Shown here: piece by piece, positions 1-9,666 of the stretch | Numbering within the stretch: position 1 is the first letter of the stretch | Layout of the letters: each line of letters starts with the position of its first letter | DNA from: a virus | Taxonomy: Duplodnaviria > Caudoviricetes | Length of the DNA stretch: 64,000 bases | Direction: 5' to 3' (one strand) | IMG/VR virus record: IMGVR_UViG_3300011226_000001 | Coordinates: 160,001 to 224,000 of that record | The notes under the pieces: model-generated | Told to the model about the DNA's origin: nothing | Databases searched by the model: none | The model's input: the letters and a program-made list of their open reading frames with translations, nothing else | Translations under genes and position numbers: made by a program

Positions 1-637
1 GATCGAGCAGGGTAAAACCACCAGCTTCGTTCGTACCATTCTGAATCGTATGCAGGACGTTATCCCTGTGTCTCAGATGGGTGACGAGTTCCAGGCGCTG
101 TCCAAGAACATGTACATGGACAAGTCAGAGCGCATGTGGGCGATTCGTCGCAGCGAAAGCGGTGAAGACGTGCTGGTGCGCGAAAGCAGCGCGAACGACA
201 ACGTTGAACTGATCGATATGATTCGTTCCGTGTCTGGTGCTTCTGCTGTTTCTCTGTCAACCTCTATGCCTACTCTGGCACAGGCGATTGCGCGTAACGA
301 TCTGATTCTGGCCGGCGCTGTTGGCGGTGACATGGTTAGCTTCGTGTCTAACTCAGGTGCTCTGAAAGTCGGCTTCGTTGCTGCGAACGTAACTGACGAC
401 AACACCTTCCTCGTTGTTGACGAGCAGGGTAATGAAGAACAGATTAGCTCCATGAGCATGGTAGCTGTGCTGTCCGGTAACGAGCTGGACGAGCGCCAGT
501 TCCCTGAGATCGATAGCGTGTCTGCTGCCGCTGGTGTTGACGTACCGAAGCTGCTGGACTACTACGCTAAAGTATTCCGCTACAGCCCGGAATACTACGG
601 TAAGATTGCATCGATCATCAAAGGTCATAGCTTCTAA
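1..637 (+). CDS. Hypothetical protein, 5'-truncated (probable virion/head protein)
   Basis: The frame is open from position 2 (IEQGKTTSFVRTILNRMQD...) to TAA at 637; contains SVSG/SLST/SVSA motifs; followed by a terminator. Confidence 0.7.
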   Translation, partial: IEQGKTTSFVRTILNRMQDVIPVSQMGDEFQALSKNMYMDKSERMWAIRRSESGEDVLVRESSANDNVELIDMIRSVSGASAVSLSTSMPTLAQAIARNDLILAGAVGGDMVSFVSNSGALKVGFVAANVTDDNTFLVVDEQGNEEQISSMSMVAVLSGNELDERQFPEIDSVSAAAGVDVPKLLDYYAKVFRYSPEYYGKIASIIKGHSF

Positions 638-647
638 TCAAACCCTA

Positions 648-674
648 AAGGGAGCCTCGCGGGGTTCCCTTTTT
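648..674 (+). terminator. Rho-independent terminator
   Basis: AAGGGAGCC-TCGCGG-GGTTCCCTTTTT hairpin with T tract immediately after the stop codon. Confidence 0.8.
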
Positions 675-696
675 CATTTCTATCGAGGATTTTCAC

Positions 697-1524
697 ATGG
701 CGGCCATAAGCTTGGATGACATTGGCTCTTTCGCACAATCTGCTGCTAAAAAGAAAAGCAAGGCGAAAGTTAAAGCTAAGACCACCGTCAAGAAAGCTAA
801 GACAGTTAGCAAAGGCGTTAAGGTCAAAAAGAAAAAGAAGTCTGATCCCTCTAATGATATGCTGCCTCAGAACACCGATGCTGGTGACTTCTATGCCGAC
901 ATTGCAGCAACACAAAAGGCAATCAAATCTCTTCCTGCTCCTGACGCTGAACCTGTGAAGAAGCCGAAGAAGAAAAAGAAAGAGAATGCTGTAGACACGA
1001 TCAAAAAGAAAAAGAAGAAAGATAAAAAGAGCCTGAGCAATGATATCGTTGCGCTTGAAGGGCAGTTCATCGAAGCAATGGCTGATGTGCCTGACGTCAT
1101 CAAGCAAGAGAATGAACAGATCGCTGAATACATGACGATGTTCAAACAGTGTCAGGACATGGCTCGTCTGTGTGAGAAGAACTACAAAGAGAAATTGCAG
1201 AGCCGTGATATCTATGCGCTGATGCAACTCTATAACCAGATGCGTGAAATCATTGCAGACCTTCGCGCATTGCGTGACGTTGGCCAGCTCGGTGAGATTC
1301 TCAACGAAGAAGTGCTTGGTCCTTTCGCTGAATCGTCCGGTACTATTCTGGTTAGTGTGTTCCACCAAGTGAACGCATGGAACAAAAAGAACTTGCCTAT
1401 CGAACTCGTTAACGCAGCGCAGAATGCAGTTCAGGCTATTATCAGACGCGCAGCAAAAGACGTAGAACAGTCCTATCAAGCGAGTCTAACAAAGACCGTG
1501 CAGATATTCAGTGCGAGCGCCTAA
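697..1524 (+). CDS. Hypothetical protein with Lys-rich N-terminal half and helical C-terminal domain
   Basis: 275-aa ORF with GAGGA RBS; KKKSKAKVKAK-type tracts. Confidence 0.8.
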   Translation: MAAISLDDIGSFAQSAAKKKSKAKVKAKTTVKKAKTVSKGVKVKKKKKSDPSNDMLPQNTDAGDFYADIAATQKAIKSLPAPDAEPVKKPKKKKKENAVDTIKKKKKKDKKSLSNDIVALEGQFIEAMADVPDVIKQENEQIAEYMTMFKQCQDMARLCEKNYKEKLQSRDIYALMQLYNQMREIIADLRALRDVGQLGEILNEEVLGPFAESSGTILVSVFHQVNAWNKKNLPIELVNAAQNAVQAIIRRAAKDVEQSYQASLTKTVQIFSASA

Positions 1525-1527
1525 AGT

Positions 1528-1536
1528 CTGTAAATA
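1528..1536 (+). promoter_or_regulatory. Candidate phage promoter motif CTGTAAATA
   Basis: Intergenic; the same 9-mer precedes polA, clamp, the 21296 ORF and ligase. Confidence 0.5.
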
Positions 1537-1558
1537 TAACTGTATTTAGGAGAATAAT

Positions 1559-1924
1559 ATGGCATACAGACCTAAGGGTGGTATTGCTGCAAGGCAGATG
1601 GGAGGTCGAGGTCGTAGCATGTCTACTTCTCAACGTCTTGCAGGTGTTACTGGTTTCGAACGTGCTCGCGTAGGCACTCATGTTCGAATGGATCGATCTG
1701 ATTGGACTCGTCTTAAAATGAGTATCATTGACGAGCGCGGTCAGTTCTGTGAACGCTGCGGCACACCTACTGCCCAGCTTATTCTTAACCACAAAGTTGG
1801 ACATGCCAAAGGCGGTTCGAACATGAAGCACAACCTTGAACTGCTGTGCTACAATTGTGACAACAACCAGATAGGTAGTGATAACCGCCGTGGCTCAAGA
1901 CTGCTTCATGGAGGTAGACGGTGA
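1559..1924 (+). CDS. Small HNH-family protein (McrA-like) with atypical residues
   Basis: CERCG...LILNHKVGHAKGGSNMKHNLELLCYNCD; AGGAG RBS. Confidence 0.75.
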   Translation: MAYRPKGGIAARQMGGRGRSMSTSQRLAGVTGFERARVGTHVRMDRSDWTRLKMSIIDERGQFCERCGTPTAQLILNHKVGHAKGGSNMKHNLELLCYNCDNNQIGSDNRRGSRLLHGGRR

Positions 1925-2703
1925 GTCGTTTGAAAAAATATGGCTCAGACGTTGGGCTGGACTTACGCAACTTTCCTGATTGCGTCAGCCCTGAGTATAT
2001 CGAAGCGTGGGGAGCATTCATCTCTACGCAGACTGCGGTTGATCTGTTTCACTCACTGCCGCAACCTCTAGGTATGCAACGCGTAGTAGAGGGCTTCCTG
2101 TCTTCTCTCGCAAAGACCAGCACTCAGTTTCTGCTGCGTCCTGTTCCGCCTATCACGAAGCATTCTATCGAGCAGGCTAAGACCTTGCTACAGCTTCAAC
2201 AGCGTGACCTGAAACAGTGGCTGCAACGTATTGAGTTCAGCAGCAAGTTTCGTCTGGCGGAAGTGTACAGTCGAACTGATAGCGACTACAACCGTGTTGC
2301 TAACTGCATCAACACCACGATCGATATCTATCTGGTGTATGTGCCGCAGACGACTCGTGGTGGCATACCCAAGATTGGTGAGCTACTGCATAAGCAGGTT
2401 CCTTACTGGTTTTCGAACAAAGAACCAAAGGCTTTGTTCAAAACTGATAATTTGACGAAGAAACTGGCAAAGTCTCCTCTGCCTGTTGTGCCGGACACTT
2501 ATCCTTCAATTCAACAAGCAATGCTGTCGCCTCGGTCTTGGCATCCTTGGAGTATTGAACAGGGTGTGGACTGTATGCGTGTTAAGGGCAATGCAATCGC
2601 ACTGCACCTGCAATCACGTAGACTGTGTTGTTTCTTGTCCTCGTACAAACGTCATGCTGTGGAGAAGAAGCTCAACTCTTTGGTCAAGAGCATTTTTATT
2701 TAG
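1921..2703 (+). CDS. Hypothetical protein
   Basis: 260-aa ORF; GTG start overlaps the upstream stop; GGAGG RBS. Confidence 0.75.
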   Translation: MSRLKKYGSDVGLDLRNFPDCVSPEYIEAWGAFISTQTAVDLFHSLPQPLGMQRVVEGFLSSLAKTSTQFLLRPVPPITKHSIEQAKTLLQLQQRDLKQWLQRIEFSSKFRLAEVYSRTDSDYNRVANCINTTIDIYLVYVPQTTRGGIPKIGELLHKQVPYWFSNKEPKALFKTDNLTKKLAKSPLPVVPDTYPSIQQAMLSPRSWHPWSIEQGVDCMRVKGNAIALHLQSRRLCCFLSSYKRHAVEKKLNSLVKSIFI

Positions 2704-2713
2704 GAGAAGAACC

Positions 2714-3208
2714 GTGATTGACGTAAACTCGCGGCTTCATATTCTGCTTTCCGGTATTGCGACAAGCGATAAGCGCTACGCAAATGCGGCTGGTGAGATC
2801 ATGAAGTCTGTCTCTGAGGCGCGAGAGCCTATTCAACTGCCTCAATCAGTTCTCGAACTGTTGGGCCGTTCTAACGTGCCGGATATCACTCCGTTTGATC
2901 AGGCTGATCTGCTCTTGATTATGGATGCGCTTGCGAAAGCATTGCTGTCCATTCAGAGCGTCCCTGATACAACGCCGGTTGATGACGGCAAGTACCGCGC
3001 TTATCTGTCCGAGTATCGCCTGCAATATCAGACAATGACAAACGATCAACTCATGTCTGTGTTTACGCGCGATAAGTTCGAAGGGCTTAACCCTCTTCGA
3101 GCCTATGCTCTGGCAGTAGTGCTGTCTGATCTTGCTGCTGATCGTCGCTTGCCTGTTCCAAGCGTGTGGCAATCAGTAATCGACAACTATACCAAACTGG
3201 GTGAATGA
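2714..3208 (+). CDS. Hypothetical protein
   Basis: GTG at 2714 follows an AGGAGA RBS and is in frame with track ORF 2486..3208. Confidence 0.7.
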   Translation: MIDVNSRLHILLSGIATSDKRYANAAGEIMKSVSEAREPIQLPQSVLELLGRSNVPDITPFDQADLLLIMDALAKALLSIQSVPDTTPVDDGKYRAYLSEYRLQYQTMTNDQLMSVFTRDKFEGLNPLRAYALAVVLSDLAADRRLPVPSVWQSVIDNYTKLGE

Positions 3209-6200
3209 TGAATCAGATGATTAGTGTGTCAGCAACAGCGACTCAGCAAATCGCCGATACGTTTAATCAGGCGCTTGCTATTCGTCCGTTGCCGCCCGAG
3301 TTTGATGCGAAAACATCGAAGATGTACGCTACAGGGAAGTCTCGTCGTAACTACGAAGCCCTCGCAGTGTTTACCGCATCAACCGTGGCACGTATCTATG
3401 CGGCTTTCGACCTGATTAACTACATCGTTGTGAACGGTGCAGAGTTCGAAGACATGCTGGAAGTAGCACCTGAAGATTTCCAGAAGCGTGTTAAGAACAA
3501 CATCGACGCGTCTACGCTGAAAATCAATATGCTGCTCAACGGTGATAAACTGAGCCGTGAGATTAAGACTGCTCTGGCCGAGCACCTGTCTTCTTCCTCT
3601 GGTGCTATCATCGAAAACAGTACGCGCTTCCCTGGCGGTAAAGATATCATCATGTCTGGTACTCCGTGCCCGACTAGCCCGCTGGCCTCGAACGGTAACT
3701 TCAACGTTCTGAACAATCAGGGTAGCGACCGTCCTCGCGTTGATAACGATGCGAACTTCGAAAGCGCTAACCTGCGCACGTACAGCGCTGACATTGCTCA
3801 ACAGGCAATTCGTGTTGCGAAGACTATCTACAAAGATATCTTCGGCGTTGACCGTACTAACGGTAATGCGTTCGACACCAAGATGGTACGCATCCCTCTC
3901 GATAAAGACTGGTCTGTGTATAACGCTGCTCTGCGTTCTATTCACCCTTCAATGCACAACATTGATATCGACCTGTTCCGCAATCTGGAGAAGCCTGTAG
4001 TCGATGGTCTGGGTGACTTCATGACTATCGGTATTCGTTCAATCCCCGGCAAGGCCATGATTGATCGTAAGATTCAGGCGATGAAGATCAGCCCTGACAC
4101 TCCTGTTGATTTTAACGAAGTGGCACTCGCTACCGATGTTCGCGTTGAAGGTGGCCTGATCGTTAACTTCGAGAAAGAGATGGTTGAGTACATCTCTCAG
4201 GGTGCTGACACGCAGACCATGTGTCTGTATCGTTGGTTCCAGGGTTGGGCGAGCTACTACTTCCGTGTTGCTGGTTCTACTCGTACTGGTATCACTCGTG
4301 CTGCACGTATCCCGCGCTATGTAACGTCTGCTACTTCTCTGCCTGAATTGAAGAAGCTGCGTGAAAAGTTCGGTTACGCCGTGAACGATGTGGTCGCAGA
4401 CGAGAATGGTATGACCATCATGCCGAACGGCACCATGGCTGTGCTGCCGCGTCGTGAAGACATTGACCTTGAAATGGTTAAGACCTACGAAACCTCCTTG
4501 AACGGTGTGCTTGAAGATCTGTTCGAGAAAGGCATTCCGCTGTCCACCGAACACGACACGCTGCGTACCAACATGTTCGCTATCCAGAATAAGAATCTGG
4601 ACTTCGACCGTGACATTCAGGCGAAAGCTAAGTCTCTGTCTCGTTTTAGTGACGTGTGTATCGGTATTGACCCTGACTTCTCACTGATTGTAAACACCTC
4701 GAACGGCGGAGGGCTGGCAGTTAACGAAACGCGTACTGTCGGTATGAAAGCACCGAACTCGCTGGACGTTGCTGATGCTTTAGGCTACGACTTCGCAGAG
4801 CCGGGTGAAGCACCAAACTTCCGTTCTGTGTCGAACGTGATTGGTAACATCTATCACAATCAGGCATCTGGCGGTATGGCGCTGTATCGTCCTTCGTATG
4901 ACACGATGATCGAAGCTGCTAAGGTTGAATCAGGAAGTGGTAAGTTGGTTGAGAGTGTGAGTGAATCCACAATCAAGTTCAACTCTCCCGAAGGTTCTAA
5001 TCTGCCTGAGCTGCTGAACATCATTGCGCAGACGTGTCAGACCTACGAGTTCATGCTCAAGAACAAACAAGTTCCTGACCTGAAAACGCTGGTGGAGAAC
5101 GCGCGTAAAGCAATCGGCATGGACGCAGAGAACGCTTCCCTGTCTGAAAGCCCGATGGACAAAGACCTGTACGAGAATCTGATTGCTAACGACTTCTCTG
5201 TACCAGAGTTGGCTAGCGAGCGTCCTGCAATGACCATGCTTCGCATCATGATTCGTGTGCTGAACGATGCTGCCGGTCTGCGTGGTTCTAACCTAATCGC
5301 CACCAGCCTGAGCGAGATGGGAAGCATTCAGGCTGCAACCGAATCTCTGCCGTCGCACACTCACTACTTCGTGATGGGTGAGAAGTCAAAGCTGTCTGAC
5401 ATGGCACGACTCAACAACTACTTCGGTGGTGCGCTGTATCGTGAAATGGCACAGTCTCTGGTACGCGCTGATCGTAAGAAGCTGTTTAGCTCTCTGATCG
5501 AAAGCGAGCAGGCGCCTGGCTCTGGCCGTCTGCAACAAATCATTCTGCCGTTCGCTACGATGTACAGCGACGTGATTCCTAAGTCCCTTGAGATTTTCGA
5601 ATCGGCTGAGACTGAGATCGAACGCCTGAAACCTGATAGCGGTATCACGATTGACGATATCCGTATTCCGGGTCTGAAAGACGGTGCAGCGTTACTGCCG
5701 CATCAGGTCGAAGCGCATAAAACACTGCGTCGTCGTCCGCGCTTTGCGACAATCTTTATCGCGCCTGGTGGTGGTAAGACGATTATCGGTCTGACTGATA
5801 TCGCAGCGACTATCAAGGAGCTTGACGATTTAGGTGAAGAGAACATTCGTCCTCTGATCATCTGTCCGTCTAACCTCGTAGCGAACTGGTGTGATGACCT
5901 CCACAAAATCGTTAACGGTTGGAACGCAGTGCCTATTACTGCTGACACCGTGAACACGTGGGGTGAAGAACGTATGTACGATGTGATCTCTCAGTCGCCT
6001 CGTAACACAATCTTCATCGTCGGCCTGAGCTATCTGCAAACAGGTACGTTCAACGTTGATATCGGCGGTGTGCGTGTTCGTGTGCGTGGTGCTGTAGAGT
6101 TCGTTAACCGCTTCAAGTTCAGCTACGTGCTGCTTGATGAATCACACAAAGTTAAGAACTTCTCTGGTGGTCAATCTGGTTCTCAGGTTCACTTCAACAC

Positions 6201-9057
6201 CAAAGCGGTCTTCACTGCTCCGTCTGTTCGCTATGCACGTATCGCTACCGGTACGCTGGTAACTGACCGTGTGCGTGATATCGTTGGTCAGGCTGCACTG
6301 ATGACGCCTGCGATGTTCGGTGACTCACTGGATGTTGCGTATGACGGCGCGAAAGACGATATCGAAATGATTCGTCGTGCGCACTCACGTATGGCAAACC
6401 ATACAGCGTTCATCTCGTTCAAGCGTAAGCATTGGGCGTTCATGCTGCCGAACCCGATTGATACCTTCATTCAGGTTGAGATCGATGACCCGTCAGTTCC
6501 TAACTCTGCTCTGCACCAAGAAGTGTACAACGCAATGTACGCAGAAGTGTTGGAGAAGTTGGATGAAGCTGCTAAAGCTGCGAAGCGTAAAGCTGGTGGC
6601 AGTAGCGACGACGATGACGACGAAGCTGGTGGCGGTGATGGTGATAGCGCTTCTGATATCGACGAAGACGAGATTGAAGAAGGTGATGACCTGGGCGCAC
6701 TGCTGGCCGGTAACGCTGACCTGAACATGTACTTCCAGCGTATGGAGATGATGCTGACTGACCCAATGGGCGATGACGTTGCGCGTATGACGTTTGAAGC
6801 TGCTGGCGTTACGCACTTCACCTCTGCTAAGGTACTGACCATTATCGACCGTATCAAGAAGCACTTCGAAGTGCAGCCTGAACGTGACCCGATGGTGGGG
6901 GAACAACAAATCTTCGAATGGAAGCCAGGCGTAGAGCCGCGCGAACTGGACATTGCTGTCTATAACGGTCAGAAGTATTTGGCACGTAAGCAGTCCGAAG
7001 AGTTCAAGCGTCAAGTGCTGCCTCCTTCAATGACTCCGCCGCCGGATGATCCAGACTACTGGAAACCGGAAGTGCAGGGCAAACTGATTGTCTTCACACG
7101 TTACGTTCGTGCCGCTAACGCCATCTATAATGCACTGCCAGCTAACTATAAGAAAGTGGCTGTTGTGTATCACGGTGAAGTTGGTAAGCTGGGTCAGAAC
7201 AAAGACGCTAACCTCGACGCATTCAAAACTGACAACAACGTTCAGATTCTGATTGCGAACGAACAGGCAATCTCCGAAGGCCACAACATGCAGATGGGTA
7301 GCCGTATTATCCGCTGCGATACTCCGTGGTCACCAGGTACTTACGATCAGTCTACTGCGCGTATCTTCCGTCCTGACGTTGCTGCTGCGAAGTTGGACGA
7401 GAACGGTAAGCCGGGCGACATGGCTCGTGAAGTTGTGTTCATCGACTGGGTTATGACGAACAAGACCTTAGAAGTTGGTAAGGTTGCTCGTCTGATGTGG
7501 AAGACTCTGGAGAAGACGCGCTTCGACGAGAAAGGCAACCAGCGCTACGAAGCACTCGACCAGTACAAACTGGACCCGATCAAAATGAGCGCGAAGCTGC
7601 TGATCGATAACAACACGATGGATGACTTTGCGCCGTACTTCCTTGCGAAGCGCGACCTGAACGAAATCGAGTCACAAGAGTTCCAAGAGATGCGTAAGAC
7701 AACGATTGCCGCAATGCAAGCGCTACCCGCTACTCCGGCTCTGACTGACTTCCGTGTTATGGAGCAGACGCCTCTAGTTGCCAACCAGAAGATCCCTGAT
7801 CGTAATGGCTGGGGCACTGAGCGTATTCTGGACTGGGCACGTAACCGTAACTTCACCAGCGGCGAAGGGCTGAAAGATTCTCTGAATCGTGCACCTGTCG
7901 TGACTGAGTTCGGTAACGGTGTTGTTGTGTCTGTGACTGTTCGTATGGTTGATGGTAAGCTGCGTGGCGATAGCCCAATCAGCACCGTTCGTGTTCGTCT
8001 GGCTGGCAGTGGTGAGACTGTTGCGATTCCTGCGACGAAAGTTCACATCGCTACTAAGGTAGACAAGAACGACCTGAAACGTTTCTTCGAACAGCGTAAG
8101 CCTTGGGCGAACGAGAAAGATCGCAAACGTGCTAACGCCGAAGCGAACCGTGTTGAAGTTGAAGACACCGTTCTCGACGAAACGCAGACTGCCGACACGA
8201 AAGAGACAGAGAAGAAGGTGGAAGCACAAGCGCGTAAAGCTGCTCGTGTTGCCAAGCGTGTTGCGAACAAGGAAGAAGGTAAGCCAATCAACGAAGGTGT
8301 TGAAGAAGCTGCCAAGAAAGTTCGTCGCCGTAAGCCGTCTGATCTGAAAGTGTTGGACAACACTACTCGTCGTGCTAAGCCAGGAACCATCACTGCGGTA
8401 GACGATATGGGTGGCGCTGATATGGCGCTGGAGCTGACGCCTACAGTGTACAACGGATTCGTTGCTCTGTATGCTGACGCGACTGACCCTGATGCGAAAG
8501 CCCTGAAAAGTTTCGACTTCACTGAGTTCGGTGATTACGTCTACTACGACTGTGCGTACTACGATGACTTCGTTGCAATGCTCGACTTCATCGAAGGGAA
8601 ACGACTGTCATTCGACCGCATGTCCGAGAAGCGTCTGGAGTTCATTCAGGACAGCTTCGACGAGACACACGCTCGCATGGGCTTCAACTACAAACTGGCC
8701 GTTAAGTTGCAGTCGCAGTTGCAGCAGTTCTTCCTCGTGCGTCACAAGTCTGCCACTGACAAGAAACACGTCAAGGCATATCCAATGGTGATGGAAGATC
8801 GTCTGCGTATTATGTTTGACCTGAAAACTAACCCGCAGATGAAACGCTTCGTCGGAACGAAAGTGCCTAACACTCGTAAGTTCGGTACGTTCGACCTGTC
8901 ACCGGGTATGTGGATCGGCTTCGTGAAAAACGCTGCTGGTGCGAAAGCTCGAATCAACAAGATTGTGAAAGCTGGCTACACCATCACGAACATCAAGAAA
9001 GCGATTCAGGGTATCGACAAGTTGAAACTGACCGCGTCGAAAAACAAATCAGTCTAA
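3205..9057 (+). CDS. Giant SNF2-family (SF2) helicase/ATPase, 1950 aa
   Basis: LLPHQ; Walker A APGGGKT; Ia LIICPSNLVANW; Walker B LLDESH; III IATGT; V/VI ISEGHNMQ...DTPWSPGTYDQSTARIFR. Confidence 0.9.
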   Translation: MMNQMISVSATATQQIADTFNQALAIRPLPPEFDAKTSKMYATGKSRRNYEALAVFTASTVARIYAAFDLINYIVVNGAEFEDMLEVAPEDFQKRVKNNIDASTLKINMLLNGDKLSREIKTALAEHLSSSSGAIIENSTRFPGGKDIIMSGTPCPTSPLASNGNFNVLNNQGSDRPRVDNDANFESANLRTYSADIAQQAIRVAKTIYKDIFGVDRTNGNAFDTKMVRIPLDKDWSVYNAALRSIHPSMHNIDIDLFRNLEKPVVDGLGDFMTIGIRSIPGKAMIDRKIQAMKISPDTPVDFNEVALATDVRVEGGLIVNFEKEMVEYISQGADTQTMCLYRWFQGWASYYFRVAGSTRTGITRAARIPRYVTSATSLPELKKLREKFGYAVNDVVADENGMTIMPNGTMAVLPRREDIDLEMVKTYETSLNGVLEDLFEKGIPLSTEHDTLRTNMFAIQNKNLDFDRDIQAKAKSLSRFSDVCIGIDPDFSLIVNTSNGGGLAVNETRTVGMKAPNSLDVADALGYDFAEPGEAPNFRSVSNVIGNIYHNQASGGMALYRPSYDTMIEAAKVESGSGKLVESVSESTIKFNSPEGSNLPELLNIIAQTCQTYEFMLKNKQVPDLKTLVENARKAIGMDAENASLSESPMDKDLYENLIANDFSVPELASERPAMTMLRIMIRVLNDAAGLRGSNLIATSLSEMGSIQAATESLPSHTHYFVMGEKSKLSDMARLNNYFGGALYREMAQSLVRADRKKLFSSLIESEQAPGSGRLQQIILPFATMYSDVIPKSLEIFESAETEIERLKPDSGITIDDIRIPGLKDGAALLPHQVEAHKTLRRRPRFATIFIAPGGGKTIIGLTDIAATIKELDDLGEENIRPLIICPSNLVANWCDDLHKIVNGWNAVPITADTVNTWGEERMYDVISQSPRNTIFIVGLSYLQTGTFNVDIGGVRVRVRGAVEFVNRFKFSYVLLDESHKVKNFSGGQSGSQVHFNTKAVFTAPSVRYARIATGTLVTDRVRDIVGQAALMTPAMFGDSLDVAYDGAKDDIEMIRRAHSRMANHTAFISFKRKHWAFMLPNPIDTFIQVEIDDPSVPNSALHQEVYNAMYAEVLEKLDEAAKAAKRKAGGSSDDDDDEAGGGDGDSASDIDEDEIEEGDDLGALLAGNADLNMYFQRMEMMLTDPMGDDVARMTFEAAGVTHFTSAKVLTIIDRIKKHFEVQPERDPMVGEQQIFEWKPGVEPRELDIAVYNGQKYLARKQSEEFKRQVLPPSMTPPPDDPDYWKPEVQGKLIVFTRYVRAANAIYNALPANYKKVAVVYHGEVGKLGQNKDANLDAFKTDNNVQILIANEQAISEGHNMQMGSRIIRCDTPWSPGTYDQSTARIFRPDVAAAKLDENGKPGDMAREVVFIDWVMTNKTLEVGKVARLMWKTLEKTRFDEKGNQRYEALDQYKLDPIKMSAKLLIDNNTMDDFAPYFLAKRDLNEIESQEFQEMRKTTIAAMQALPATPALTDFRVMEQTPLVANQKIPDRNGWGTERILDWARNRNFTSGEGLKDSLNRAPVVTEFGNGVVVSVTVRMVDGKLRGDSPISTVRVRLAGSGETVAIPATKVHIATKVDKNDLKRFFEQRKPWANEKDRKRANAEANRVEVEDTVLDETQTADTKETEKKVEAQARKAARVAKRVANKEEGKPINEGVEEAAKKVRRRKPSDLKVLDNTTRRAKPGTITAVDDMGGADMALELTPTVYNGFVALYADATDPDAKALKSFDFTEFGDYVYYDCAYYDDFVAMLDFIEGKRLSFDRMSEKRLEFIQDSFDETHARMGFNYKLAVKLQSQLQQFFLVRHKSATDKKHVKAYPMVMEDRLRIMFDLKTNPQMKRFVGTKVPNTRKFGTFDLSPGMWIGFVKNAAGAKARINKIVKAGYTITNIKKAIQGIDKLKLTASKNKSV

Positions 9058-9063
9058 AAGGTA

Positions 9064-9087
9064 AGGGGCTTCGGCCCCTCCTTTGTT
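9064..9087 (+). terminator. Rho-independent terminator
   Basis: AGGGGC-TTCG-GCCCCT hairpin followed by CCTTTGTT. Confidence 0.65.
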
Positions 9088-9099
9088 AGAGGATTCACT

Positions 9100-9657
9100 A
9101 TGCTGAATAAATTCTACCAGAAACTCCAGGTCATCATGACTATGCTCGGTCTGTATGACGGAGCTTGCGATGGCGTCTGGGGCCCTAAGTGTATTGAGGC
9201 GAAACGTAAGTGGGAGATGATGGACGAGTTCGAGCCAGCTACTCCTTCAAACGGTCTGCCGTTCAACGGTCGCGGTAAGCTGCCGAAAGGTATGAACTGG
9301 GGTTATAAGACTCTGGACATTATCTGGGACCAGTGGGATCAAGAGAAAGCTGATGCTATCCTGAAAGAGAAGGGTGCGCTGCTGACTACTGATCTGGTTC
9401 ATGCACACGCTGTGGGCGAAGTGGCAGAAGCGCGTAAGGCTGCCGAAGCCGAGCCTGTTGCTACTGTAAACACAGTGTCACAGGAACCAATTGCTGCGTC
9501 TGTACTCAACACTACTCCAGTTCAGGAAGCACAGCCTGAGCCAGAAGTAGAGGACGTCGAGGAAGAGGAAGAAGACGACGCAGACGCGGACGAAATCACG
9601 GAAGAGAACACTTCACCTACTCCAGTTAAGCAGAACAACTGGACCAAGAAACGATAA
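9100..9657 (+). CDS. Peptidoglycan-binding-like domain protein with acidic tail
   Basis: LQVIMTMLGLYDGACDGVWGPKCIEAKRKWE resembles the PG_binding_1 pattern LQ..L..LG...G..DG.fG..T..A...fQ. Confidence 0.6.
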   Translation: MLNKFYQKLQVIMTMLGLYDGACDGVWGPKCIEAKRKWEMMDEFEPATPSNGLPFNGRGKLPKGMNWGYKTLDIIWDQWDQEKADAILKEKGALLTTDLVHAHAVGEVAEARKAAEAEPVATVNTVSQEPIAASVLNTTPVQEAQPEPEVEDVEEEEEDDADADEITEENTSPTPVKQNNWTKKR

Positions 9658-9666
9658 GGAACTGCA

